Assembly (NCBI GenBank): GCA_049242025.1 | Contig: JBMLPQ010000092.1 | Span: 1 to 53,441 of the forward strand | Direction of reading: 5' to 3' | Source: Sediminibacterium sp. | Lineage (GTDB): Bacteria > Bacteroidota > Bacteroidia > Chitinophagales > Chitinophagaceae | DNA: 53,441 bases | In this document: positions 9,863 to 18,591 of the stretch, piece after piece | How positions within the stretch are numbered: position 1 is the stretch's first letter | Layout: the number at the start of each line of letters is the position of its first letter | Translations under genes and position numbers: made by a program | Notes under the pieces: model-generated | What the model was told of the DNA's origin: nothing | The model's database searches: none | What the model saw: the letters and a program-made list of their open reading frames with translations, nothing else

Positions 9863-10716
9863 TAACGATTGGTTTCAAATAGTTTTTCCATACTCAATTC
9901 AGGAGTACAAGAAGTGATATAAATGTGTTCTTCCGCTAATAATTGAATTAAAGAAGGCACTTCTGCAGCTGAAATGGTAACTATTGCACAATTCCCTTTA
10001 TATTCTACCGCATAGTTCTTTAAACATCCTGCTTTTCGAATATTGTCTGCACAAATATTATATACATAGGTATTATCTGCTATCAATTGTTGAGCTGGTC
10101 CTGCATTCACCAATTTGCCCTCTTTCAACACAAACAAAGTATGGCAAAGCTTACTCAATTCCTCTATAATATGCGAAGAAAGAATGATTGCTAACTTTTC
10201 TTTTTCTGCTAAATCGGCAATCAACCTCCTTAAAGAACTAACTCCCAAAGGATCTAATCCGGTAAATGGTTCATCTAATACTAGGCATGCTGGGTTATTC
10301 AATAGTGCAATGGCTATTCCTAGTCTTTGTTTCATCCCCATCGAAAAGTTTTCTACTTTATCGGTTCTATCTGTTGGCAATCCTACCTTAATCAAATGTG
10401 CTGCTATTTCTTGTTTGGTTAATTGCAGTCCTTGAATACTGGCAAATAAGTGAATATTATCTTGGGCATTCAAGTACTCATATAATGCTGGTTTTTCAAT
10501 GATTCCGCCAATTGGTTTAACTGAATGTTTGGGTAATACAACTTCACCAGTATCGGGTGTAATTAAGCCAAATAAAATTTTAAATAAAGTAGTTTTACCT
10601 GCGCCATTAGCTCCTAATAAACCACAAATCTCTCCAGCAGCACAACCGATACTCACATTATCTAGAACTTTTCTTTTGCCGTATTCTTTACTTAGATTGG
10701 TTCCTGAAATAATCAT
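9862..10716 (-). CDS. ABC transporter ATP-binding protein
   Basis: Walker A GANGAGKT, FSMGMKQRL signature, LDEP, SSH. Confidence 0.93.
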   Translation of the reverse strand: MIISGTNLSKEYGKRKVLDNVSIGCAAGEICGLLGANGAGKTTLFKILFGLITPDTGEVVLPKHSVKPIGGIIEKPALYEYLNAQDNIHLFASIQGLQLTKQEIAAHLIKVGLPTDRTDKVENFSMGMKQRLGIAIALLNNPACLVLDEPFTGLDPLGVSSLRRLIADLAEKEKLAIILSSHIIEELSKLCHTLFVLKEGKLVNAGPAQQLIADNTYVYNICADNIRKAGCLKNYAVEYKGNCAIVTISAAEVPSLIQLLAEEHIYITSCTPELSMEKLFETNR

Positions 10717-11258
10717 GCTTGTAAAACTAGTTGTTGGTAATCAGAATATTTGAATTTAGGTTTATAATTGCCTTCAAGAAAGGTACGAGACCAAAAATTT
10801 TTTTTAAACCCAAACCAAGGGTCCTTAATCATAAAGTAAGGAACATAATGGTACCATTTTACTCCTTTTGCTAGATAATACGCTTTTACTTCTTCGCCAA
10901 TACCTAGTTCTTTTGCAGCTTCTAAAGCTGCCATTCGTTGACATTTAGATCCTATATAGGTATCTACAATTCTACGATTAAAGCCATGCATGAAAAACTG
11001 ATCTTTTGCGCGCTTGTAATTCTGATACCTGCTCCATCCGTCTGCCAGTACTAAGAAAATATGTATAAATGAAAACATAAAACTCCATGCCCAGAAAAAA
11101 ATAACCCAGTTGGAGTAATAGGTATAGGCTTCATTCAACTTTACCCAATAAAACCAAGACTCAAGTATGAAAATGGCTAAAGAATAATACAAGAGCCTTC
11201 CAACCCTTAAATAGGATAGCAATGGGTGAGGCTGCTTAGGCAAAACACTAAAATACAT
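10713..11258 (-). CDS. hypothetical membrane protein
   Basis: 181 aa, two TM segments, aromatic/basic C-terminal region, overlaps the start of the ABC ATPase. Confidence 0.7.
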   Translation of the reverse strand: MYFSVLPKQPHPLLSYLRVGRLLYYSLAIFILESWFYWVKLNEAYTYYSNWVIFFWAWSFMFSFIHIFLVLADGWSRYQNYKRAKDQFFMHGFNRRIVDTYIGSKCQRMAALEAAKELGIGEEVKAYYLAKGVKWYHYVPYFMIKDPWFGFKKNFWSRTFLEGNYKPKFKYSDYQQLVLQA

Positions 11259-11406
11259 ATTCCTAAAGTTAACAATAGTAACAAATCAAATCAAAAAAAT
11301 GTAATACCAGATAAATTGACTACCTTACATATATCCAGTTCCACCGGATTCTATCCTTTACCTTGTTCTAACAAGAACCTCAGGATTCTACCCACTTTCT
11401 CTGCAC

Positions 11407-11452
11407 TTACATTATTACAACAATATTTAATACGGCGCACAAACGTTGCGCC
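11407..11452. promoter_or_regulatory. putative autoregulatory operator and 5' hairpin of the AraC gene
   Basis: TGTAATAATGTAA on the - strand (11407-11419); GGCGCA/TGCGCC inverted repeat at 11434-11452, just upstream of ATG 11458. Confidence 0.35.
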
Positions 11453-11457
11453 CCATC

Positions 11458-12018
11458 ATGAAAGTATACATAAAATATATGGTCAGCTTACGGTGTAAGC
11501 TAATAGTTAAAGAAATACTACAAAATCTAGACATCCCATACCAAAGAATCGACTTAGGGGAAGTATTAATGTCCCATCCTATAAATCAAGAAAAAGTAGA
11601 AAACTTTAGAAAAGTTTTACTCAAATATGGTCTTGAATTAATAGACGATAAAAAAGCGGTTATTATTAGCCAAATTAAGGGGGTTATTATAGAGATGATT
11701 CACTATAGCGAAGATGAACCAGAAGTAAATTTTTCAACTTATTTAAGTGAAAAACTTGCGTATAATTATACTTACTTATCTAATCTTTTCTCAGAAACAC
11801 AGGGAAGTACCATAGAACAATTTATCATCTTACATAAAATTGAAAGAGTAAAAGAGCTAATTATATACAACGAACTGAACCTAACAGAAATTGCTTGGAA
11901 ATTACACTACAGTAGTGTTGCGCATTTATCCAATCAATTTAAAAAAATAACCGGATTAACACCTTCCTTTTTTAAATCAATGGCCAACAAAAAGAGAGAT
12001 AGTTTAGAAAATCTGTAA
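11458..12018 (+). CDS. AraC-family transcriptional regulator (short form with HMA-like N-terminus)
   Basis: IKYMVSLRC N-terminus, YNYTYLSNLFS, LTEIAWKLHYSSVAHLSNQFKKITGLTP HTH; ATG 11458 preferred over TTG 11446. Confidence 0.92.
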   Translation: MKVYIKYMVSLRCKLIVKEILQNLDIPYQRIDLGEVLMSHPINQEKVENFRKVLLKYGLELIDDKKAVIISQIKGVIIEMIHYSEDEPEVNFSTYLSEKLAYNYTYLSNLFSETQGSTIEQFIILHKIERVKELIIYNELNLTEIAWKLHYSSVAHLSNQFKKITGLTPSFFKSMANKKRDSLENL

Positions 12019-12078
12019 AACATACAATTTATTTATTCAATACTGTAATAAAAAAGAAAGTTTAAAATTGAAACTTTA
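12014..12078 (+). promoter_or_regulatory. putative activator-dependent promoter of the cupin-GH130-GT4 operon
   Basis: TGTAAAACATACAA-N16-TGTAA-N22-AAACTTTA; the same architecture recurs twice at 23385-23528. Confidence 0.55.
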
Positions 12079-12093
12079 CAAAAACCATATAGC

Positions 12094-12459
12094 ATGCTAC
12101 CGAAATCAAGTGAAAAAGAAAATAGTGAAGTAGAAAAATCAAAAGTCTATATAACAGTTGAAATAATTGAATACATACCTAACTCAGTGGTGATAAAAAC
12201 AATTCTACGTAAATCAACCGGCAATATAAGTGTAATGTCCTTTGATAGCGGAGAAGGCCTAACAGAGAAAAAAACCCCATTCGATACATTTATTCAATTA
12301 ATTGACGGGGAAGCAGAAATCATCATTGATGGCAAACATCAGCTACTCAAAACAGGTGACGCAATAGTTATCCCGGCTCACTCAGCAAATACCATCATTC
12401 CTAATGGACGATTCAAGCTTATTCAGACTATCATTAAAAGCGGATACGACCAAGTATGA
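12094..12459 (+). CDS. cupin domain protein
   Basis: SFDSGEGL, TPFDTFIQLIDGEA, GD.IVIPAH cupin pattern. Confidence 0.88.
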   Translation: MLPKSSEKENSEVEKSKVYITVEIIEYIPNSVVIKTILRKSTGNISVMSFDSGEGLTEKKTPFDTFIQLIDGEAEIIIDGKHQLLKTGDAIVIPAHSANTIIPNGRFKLIQTIIKSGYDQV

Positions 12460-13487
12460 TTACTGTTATCAAACACGGAATCATCATTGGTAAAAGAGTG
12501 AATGAATTTGAATGTGATGGAGTGTTGAATCCCGCAGTTATTATGCACGATGGCATCATTCATATGTTTTATCGCGCTGTAAGTACTGGCAATAGGTCAA
12601 CCATTGGGTATTGCATTTTAAATCATCCAACAGAAGTGGGCTTTAGAATGGATGAGCCAATTCTTATTCCAGAATTAGCCTATGAAAAAGTAGGAATGGA
12701 AGATCCCAGAATAGTTAAAATTGAAGATTCATTCATGCTAACATATACCGCATATGATGGCATCAATGCCCTTGGAGCATTGGCTGTTTCAACGGATCTA
12801 AAATTGTTTCATAAAAAAGGAATCATTGTACCTAGATTAAGCTATCCGAGATTTAGTGAACTAGCCGAAGCTAAAAAAGATATCAATGAAAAATACCTAC
12901 GATATAATGAACATTGGAAAAGTCATGGTCAATTAGACACCAACTTTTTACTCTGGGACAAGAACCTTATTTTTTTTCCTGAAAAAATAAATGGATACTT
13001 CTATTTCATGCATCGAATTAAACCTGATATTTTAATTACGCGAGTAAAAGAATTATCAGATTTAACAAAACCATTTTGGATTGAATACTTTATGCATTTT
13101 CAAGATTGCATCATGATTAGTCCTAAACATACGCATGAAATTAGCTATGTGGGGGGTGGGTGTCCTCCCATCAAAACACCAGCCGGTTGGCTGATAATCT
13201 ATCACGGCGTTCATGATGAAATTGAAGGATATATTTATTCATCTTGTGCCGCCCTATTTGAATTAGAAAATCCAAACAAAGAAATTGCCAGACTCCCTTA
13301 TCCCTTATTTCAACCCCAGGAAGTTTGGGAAAAAAAGGGTACAGTAAATAATGTTTGCTTCCCATCTGGGACTATTGTAGAAGACGGTATTCTATACATA
13401 TACTATGGTGCTGCCGATGAAAGAATTGGGTGTGCTTCAATTAGTTTAAACGAATTAACGAATAAAATACTTACATATAAACAATAA
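12456..13487 (+). CDS. glycoside hydrolase family 130 protein (beta-mannoside phosphorylase-like)
   Basis: VLNPAV, FYRA, EDPR, TYTAYDG, DKN..FFPEKING..MHRI, GG.PPI.T..GWL..YHGV, E..G.VNNVCFPSG, YYGAAD. Confidence 0.9.
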   Translation: MITVIKHGIIIGKRVNEFECDGVLNPAVIMHDGIIHMFYRAVSTGNRSTIGYCILNHPTEVGFRMDEPILIPELAYEKVGMEDPRIVKIEDSFMLTYTAYDGINALGALAVSTDLKLFHKKGIIVPRLSYPRFSELAEAKKDINEKYLRYNEHWKSHGQLDTNFLLWDKNLIFFPEKINGYFYFMHRIKPDILITRVKELSDLTKPFWIEYFMHFQDCIMISPKHTHEISYVGGGCPPIKTPAGWLIIYHGVHDEIEGYIYSSCAALFELENPNKEIARLPYPLFQPQEVWEKKGTVNNVCFPSGTIVEDGILYIYYGAADERIGCASISLNELTNKILTYKQ

Positions 13488-13488
13488 T

Positions 13489-15783
13489 ATGGAAGCATTA
13501 ATCAATTATAAAACACCCAACACTTATACACTTCAAAAAGCGGTTGAGGGTGCTCCAAAAACAGCTTTACCCATATTGGTAATGATTACTTCTTATCCTC
13601 CCAGAGAATGTGGAATTGCCACATATGCTAACGATTTATTCAATTCATTAAATAAAAAGTTTGATCAATCATTTACAATCCAAATATGCGCAATAGAGCA
13701 AAAAAACGCTCATTATTCATATGCTAAGGAAGTAAAGTATAAACTAAACACCAATAACCAAGAAAATTATATTGAATTAGCAAATCAGTTAAACAGCAAT
13801 GAGCAAATACAGCTAATTCTTGTGCAGCACGAATTTGGATTTTATCACGGGAATGATCAAGCTTTTCAAAGTTTTCTATCATCAGTTAACAAACCAATCA
13901 TTATTGCCTTACATACTGTTTTGGGAAAGCCCAATGAAACACAAAAAGTATACATGCAATTAATGTTGGCAAAAGCAATCAAGACGATTGTGATGACCAA
14001 GCATGCTGCTACTATTTTAATAGAGGAATACAATATTGAGTCAGCAAAAATTAATATAATTAGTCATGGCACTCACTTAGTTAAATATACCGACAAAATA
14101 GTACTGAAAAGAAAATATGGCTTTTTAGGTAGAAAAATACTATCCACTTTTGGATTACTCAACTCAGGAAAAAGTATTGAAACTACTTTAGATGCTTTGG
14201 TTCAAATTATAAAAAAAGAACCAACCGTTTTATTTTTAATAATCGGCATTACACACCCTGAAGTAGTGAAGAATGAAGGAGAAATATATAGGGAATCACT
14301 CAAAGAAAAAATAAAGTTTCTTCATTTAGAAGATCACGTTTTATTCATCAATCGATTTTTAGAATTGCCTGAATTATTAGACCATCTTCAGTTAACAGAT
14401 ATATACTTGTTTACTTCAAATAATCCGAATCAGGCAGTTAGTGGAACTTTTTCTTATGCAATTAGCAGCGGATGTCCTATTATCGCAACTGCTATTCCAC
14501 ATGCGCTAGAAGTATTGGCCAACAACACTGGAATTATTGTAGAATTCAATAATAGCCAGCAACTTTCAAGCGCTATTTTAACCTTACTAGAAAATCATCA
14601 AAAAAGAGAAGAATTTAGCTTAAATGGGATTCACAAACTTGCATCAACAGCTTGGGAAAATAGTGCACTAAAGCATGCTGCTATATTTAACAAAACAATC
14701 TCCACTCCACTCCATTTAAACTTTAGCATACCACCGATTAATTTGAGCCATTTAAAAAAGCTCACGACTAAATTTGGTATTATTCAGTTTTCCATTTTGA
14801 ACAAACCAGATTTATCTTCGGGATATACCATAGACGATAATGCAAGAGCACTTATTGCAGCAGGAATGATTTTTGAAAATACTCGACAATTTGAATATTT
14901 AAACATTCTCGAAATTTACTTAGACTTTATACTGTTTTGTCAACAAGAGAATGGAAGTTTTTTAAATTACGTAAACCTGGAACAGGAATTTACAAATGAT
15001 AATCTAAACTGCAATTTAGAAGACGCTAACGGAAGAGCTATATGGGCAATTGGCTATATCATTGGATTAGAAAAAATACTCCCTAGAAATATTATTGAAA
15101 AAGCAAAAACTATATTAAACAAATCAATATCCCATTTACATTCTATTCACTCTACCCGAGCAATGGCATTTATAATTAAAGGATTAAGCTATAGTATAAA
15201 AAATGATTTTGACAAACAAGCGTATGATACGATTAATATTTTAGCCAATAGAGTTTATCAGATGTACTTGCACGAATCAAAACCTAAATGGGAATGGTAT
15301 GAATCTTATTTAACTTACGCAAATAGCCTTTTACCCGAAGCAATGTTGTATGCTTGGGAAGCAACAGGAAATGAATTATACAAAAAAACGGCAAAAGACA
15401 GTTTCCATTTTTTAATCAGTCAAACTTTTGATCCAACAGGCATTCATGTTGTATCAAATAAAAACTGGCATAACATTACTACCTCTAATGTCAGTAACTT
15501 AGTGGGAGGCGAACAACCTATTGATGTTGCTTATACCATTCTTTCTTTAATTAGTTTTTACAAAGCATTCAAGTCTCCATTTTATAAACAAAAAATCAAA
15601 ATAGCTTTTGATTGGTTTCAGGGAAGAAATCACCTAAATGAAATCGTTTATAACCCCTGTACAGGAGACTGCTACGATGGATTAGAAGATAGTTATGTAA
15701 ACTTAAATCAAGGAGCAGAATCTACCGTTAGTTATTTAATGGCTAGACTAGCTATAGAGAAATATGATTTTCCCAACTTTTAA
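13489..15783 (+). CDS. GT4 glycosyltransferase fused to a C-terminal six-hairpin-glycosidase-like domain
   Basis: SYPPRECGIATY, QHEFG, FGLL..GKSIE, QAVSGT in the GT-B part; GIIQF, GYTIDDNARAL, EDANGRAIWA, TYAN, EQPID, CYDGL, NQGAEST in the C-terminal domain. Confidence 0.88.
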   Translation: MEALINYKTPNTYTLQKAVEGAPKTALPILVMITSYPPRECGIATYANDLFNSLNKKFDQSFTIQICAIEQKNAHYSYAKEVKYKLNTNNQENYIELANQLNSNEQIQLILVQHEFGFYHGNDQAFQSFLSSVNKPIIIALHTVLGKPNETQKVYMQLMLAKAIKTIVMTKHAATILIEEYNIESAKINIISHGTHLVKYTDKIVLKRKYGFLGRKILSTFGLLNSGKSIETTLDALVQIIKKEPTVLFLIIGITHPEVVKNEGEIYRESLKEKIKFLHLEDHVLFINRFLELPELLDHLQLTDIYLFTSNNPNQAVSGTFSYAISSGCPIIATAIPHALEVLANNTGIIVEFNNSQQLSSAILTLLENHQKREEFSLNGIHKLASTAWENSALKHAAIFNKTISTPLHLNFSIPPINLSHLKKLTTKFGIIQFSILNKPDLSSGYTIDDNARALIAAGMIFENTRQFEYLNILEIYLDFILFCQQENGSFLNYVNLEQEFTNDNLNCNLEDANGRAIWAIGYIIGLEKILPRNIIEKAKTILNKSISHLHSIHSTRAMAFIIKGLSYSIKNDFDKQAYDTINILANRVYQMYLHESKPKWEWYESYLTYANSLLPEAMLYAWEATGNELYKKTAKDSFHFLISQTFDPTGIHVVSNKNWHNITTSNVSNLVGGEQPIDVAYTILSLISFYKAFKSPFYKQKIKIAFDWFQGRNHLNEIVYNPCTGDCYDGLEDSYVNLNQGAESTVSYLMARLAIEKYDFPNF

Positions 15784-15793
15784 AATTTAAATT

Positions 15794-15949
15794 ATGAGTA
15801 ATCTATTGTACACTGTTGCTGTTATTTTAATTATACTTTGGGCTATTGGTTATTTCGGATATCATACCGGAGGAATCATCCATGTTTTATTAGTAATTGC
15901 CATCATAGCAATTTTGCTAAGAGTAATAAGAGGAAAGAGCCCAATGTAA
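15794..15949 (+). CDS. lmo0937-family (DUF5670-like) small membrane protein, 51 aa, missing from the ORF track
   Basis: My translation: MSNLLYTVAVILIILWAIGYFGYHTGGIIHVLLVIAIIAILLRVIRGKSPM. Confidence 0.85.
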   Translation: MSNLLYTVAVILIILWAIGYFGYHTGGIIHVLLVIAIIAILLRVIRGKSPM

Positions 15950-16004
15950 GTATTTGTGATAAAATCATTCATATTCGATCAAGTATAATTCATGTCAGAT
16001 GAAT

Positions 16005-16012
16005 TATATTTG
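16005..16012 (+). promoter_or_regulatory. Bacteroidota sigma-A -7 element
   Basis: TATATTTG matches TAnnTTTG; suggests the ATPase start is ATG 16029. Confidence 0.5.
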
Positions 16013-16028
16013 AATGAATAGCCATAAT

Positions 16029-18527
16029 ATGTCTCAAGCACCATTTAATATAAAAGGACTTTCTGATCAAGAAGTCCTAAACGCAAGAAATCAGTTTGGC
16101 AATAACCAATTAACTTTTAAGAAAACTAGTGGATTTATAGAAGCGCTTAAAAGCATTTTTAAAGAACCAATGGTTATTTTATTGCTTGTTGCGGCAGCAA
16201 TTTATTTTATTACGGGTAATATTGGAGATGGTTCTTTTTTAGCAGTTGCCATTATATTGGTTGCCACTATTTCGCTATTCCAAGATGCTAGAAGTAGGCA
16301 AGCACTCGACAAATTAAAGGATTTCACACAGCCATTTTGTAAAGTTATTCGAAATCATGAAATTGTTTCTATTCATGTAGATGAGTTAGTGATAGGAGAT
16401 TATCTACTGGTTGAAGAGGGAAGTGCAGTTTCTGCAGATGGCACCATTGTTCAATCCAATGATTTCTCTGTAAACGAATCTATATTAACGGGTGAAACAT
16501 TTTCAGTAAGTAAAACAGCAAACAGCAGCGATAACAAAATTTATAGAGGTACTTACGTAGTAGCAGGCTTAGCAGTTGCAGAAATTACTGCAATAGGCAA
16601 CGACTCTAAGTTGGGTAAAATTGGAAAAAGTTTAGAATCCATTGAAGAAGAAAAAACACCCTTAGAAAAACAAATCAATCGATTTGTTCAAAACATGGCA
16701 ATTATTGGGACAATAGTTTTTCTGGTAGTATGGTTTATCAACTTCAGACAGTCTAATAATTTACTGAACAGCTTGCTTCAAGCACTAACGCTTGCAATGA
16801 GTATTTTACCAGAAGAAATCCCTGTTGCTTTTACTACGTTTATGGCATTGGGCGCATGGCGATTAATGAAAATGGGGATTGTGGTAAAACAAATGAAGAC
16901 TGTTGAAACACTTGGAAGTGCTACCGTAATCTGTACAGATAAAACAGGTACCCTTACAGAGAATAAGATGAGTATTGGAGCAATTTACAATGCCACAATA
17001 CAAAAAACATTTACTCCTGGAGAAATAAATAAATATCAAAAAGAGAATGAGTCATTAGTCAATGTTGCAATGTGGGCAAGTGAACCAATTCCTTTTGACC
17101 CTATGGAAGTGGCCCTGCATCAGTTATATAAAGAACATCATTTAGTTGATGAACGCCCTCTTTATAAAATGGTACATGAATATCCTTTAGAAGGAAGACC
17201 TCTAATGATGACGCATATTTTTGAAAATGAAAAAGGTCAAAGAATAATTGCTGCAAAAGGTGCTCCAGAAGCAATTCTTTCTTGTTCCAATGCAAATAGC
17301 GAAACAAGATTAGCTACACAAAATGCCATTAACGATTTTACTGCAGCAGGATTTAGGGTATTAGCTGTTGGCGAAGCATTATTTTCTGGAACTAATTTCC
17401 CGTCAAAACAACAAGATTTTATTTTCAATTTATTGGGGGTTGTTGCATTTTATGACCCGCCAAAAGAAAACATGAAGAATGTCTTAACGCAGTTTTATCA
17501 AGCAGGTATAAAGGTTAAAATAATTACTGGAGACAATGCAGCTACCACCACTACTGTTGCTAATAAAATTGGATTCAGGGGGGCAGAAAAACAAATTAGT
17601 GGGGAAGAATTAATGTCGCTTTCTGATCAAGATTTAAAAGAAAGGGTTGCAGACACAGCTATATTCACACGTATGTTCCCTGAAGCCAAACTTAAAATCA
17701 TCAATGCGCTGAAAAGTAATAATGAAATTGTTGCCATGACTGGCGACGGAGTGAACGATGGGCCTGCATTAAAAGCAGCTCATATAGGAATTGCAATGGG
17801 TAAAAAAGGAACAGAGATAGCGAAGCAGGCAGCATCCCTTATTTTAATTGACGACGACCTTGCTAAAATGGTAGATGCCGTTGCAATGGGTAGAAAAATA
17901 TATACCAACTTAAAAAAAGCGATTCAATATATTATTTCTATTCATATTCCAATTGTACTTACTGTATTTATTCCCCTTGCTTTAGGCTGGATTTATCCGA
18001 ATATTTTCACCCCCGTACACGTCATTTTTCTTGAATTAATTATGGGGCCAACCTGCTCCATCATTTATGAAAATGAACCCATCGAAAAAAATTCGATGAC
18101 GCAGTTGCCAAGACCGTTTACCAGTACCTTTTTTAACTGGAAAGAACTTGCAACTAGTATTGTGCAAGGATTAGCAATTACCTTGGGTACTTTATATACT
18201 TACCAATATGCTGTTAGTAATGGTTTCGATTTAAATACCACTAGAACCATGGTATTTTGCAGTTTAGTATTTTCCAATATTTTTTTAACATTAGAGAATA
18301 GATCCTTCTATTTTTCAATATTTACTACCATCCGATATAAAAACAATCTTGTATTATGGATGATTATAATCACCCTATTATTATTACTCTCGCTCATTTA
18401 CATAACCCCCTTTGCAGATTTTTTTGATTTCAATTCAATTAGCATTAGTGAATTATCCATTTGCTTTGCAGCAGGAAGTATATCTGTTCTTTGGTATGAA
18501 TTGATTAAACTAATTAAGAGAAGCTAA
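16029..18527 (+). CDS. cation-translocating P-type ATPase (type II-like)
   Basis: LTGE, PEEIP, DKTGTLT, KGAPE, ITGDN, MTGDGVNDGPALK; start is 16014 or 16029. Confidence 0.93.
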   Translation: MSQAPFNIKGLSDQEVLNARNQFGNNQLTFKKTSGFIEALKSIFKEPMVILLLVAAAIYFITGNIGDGSFLAVAIILVATISLFQDARSRQALDKLKDFTQPFCKVIRNHEIVSIHVDELVIGDYLLVEEGSAVSADGTIVQSNDFSVNESILTGETFSVSKTANSSDNKIYRGTYVVAGLAVAEITAIGNDSKLGKIGKSLESIEEEKTPLEKQINRFVQNMAIIGTIVFLVVWFINFRQSNNLLNSLLQALTLAMSILPEEIPVAFTTFMALGAWRLMKMGIVVKQMKTVETLGSATVICTDKTGTLTENKMSIGAIYNATIQKTFTPGEINKYQKENESLVNVAMWASEPIPFDPMEVALHQLYKEHHLVDERPLYKMVHEYPLEGRPLMMTHIFENEKGQRIIAAKGAPEAILSCSNANSETRLATQNAINDFTAAGFRVLAVGEALFSGTNFPSKQQDFIFNLLGVVAFYDPPKENMKNVLTQFYQAGIKVKIITGDNAATTTTVANKIGFRGAEKQISGEELMSLSDQDLKERVADTAIFTRMFPEAKLKIINALKSNNEIVAMTGDGVNDGPALKAAHIGIAMGKKGTEIAKQAASLILIDDDLAKMVDAVAMGRKIYTNLKKAIQYIISIHIPIVLTVFIPLALGWIYPNIFTPVHVIFLELIMGPTCSIIYENEPIEKNSMTQLPRPFTSTFFNWKELATSIVQGLAITLGTLYTYQYAVSNGFDLNTTRTMVFCSLVFSNIFLTLENRSFYFSIFTTIRYKNNLVLWMIIITLLLLLSLIYITPFADFFDFNSISISELSICFAAGSISVLWYELIKLIKRS

Positions 18528-18560
18528 ATAAAAAACCCTTGCTACAAATGTAACAAGGGT
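18528..18560 (-). terminator. intrinsic terminator for the ompA-like/ice-binding operon
   Basis: ACCCTTGCTACA-AA-TGTAACAAGGGT hairpin with an A-tract on its left (U-tract on the - strand). Confidence 0.7.
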
Positions 18561-18591
18561 ACCTCAATCAACAAACTGTACTAAACAATCT

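Noticed and set aside
12456-13487. 'Pesticidal protein Cry7Aa' label that, as I recall, is often attached to this family
   Set aside because: The motifs are those of a GH130 beta-propeller; nothing resembles a Cry toxin.
15955-15970. TGTGATAAAATCATT as a CRP/FNR-like site upstream of the P-type ATPase
   Set aside because: The spacer is one base short of the canonical palindrome and it occurs once in AT-rich DNA.
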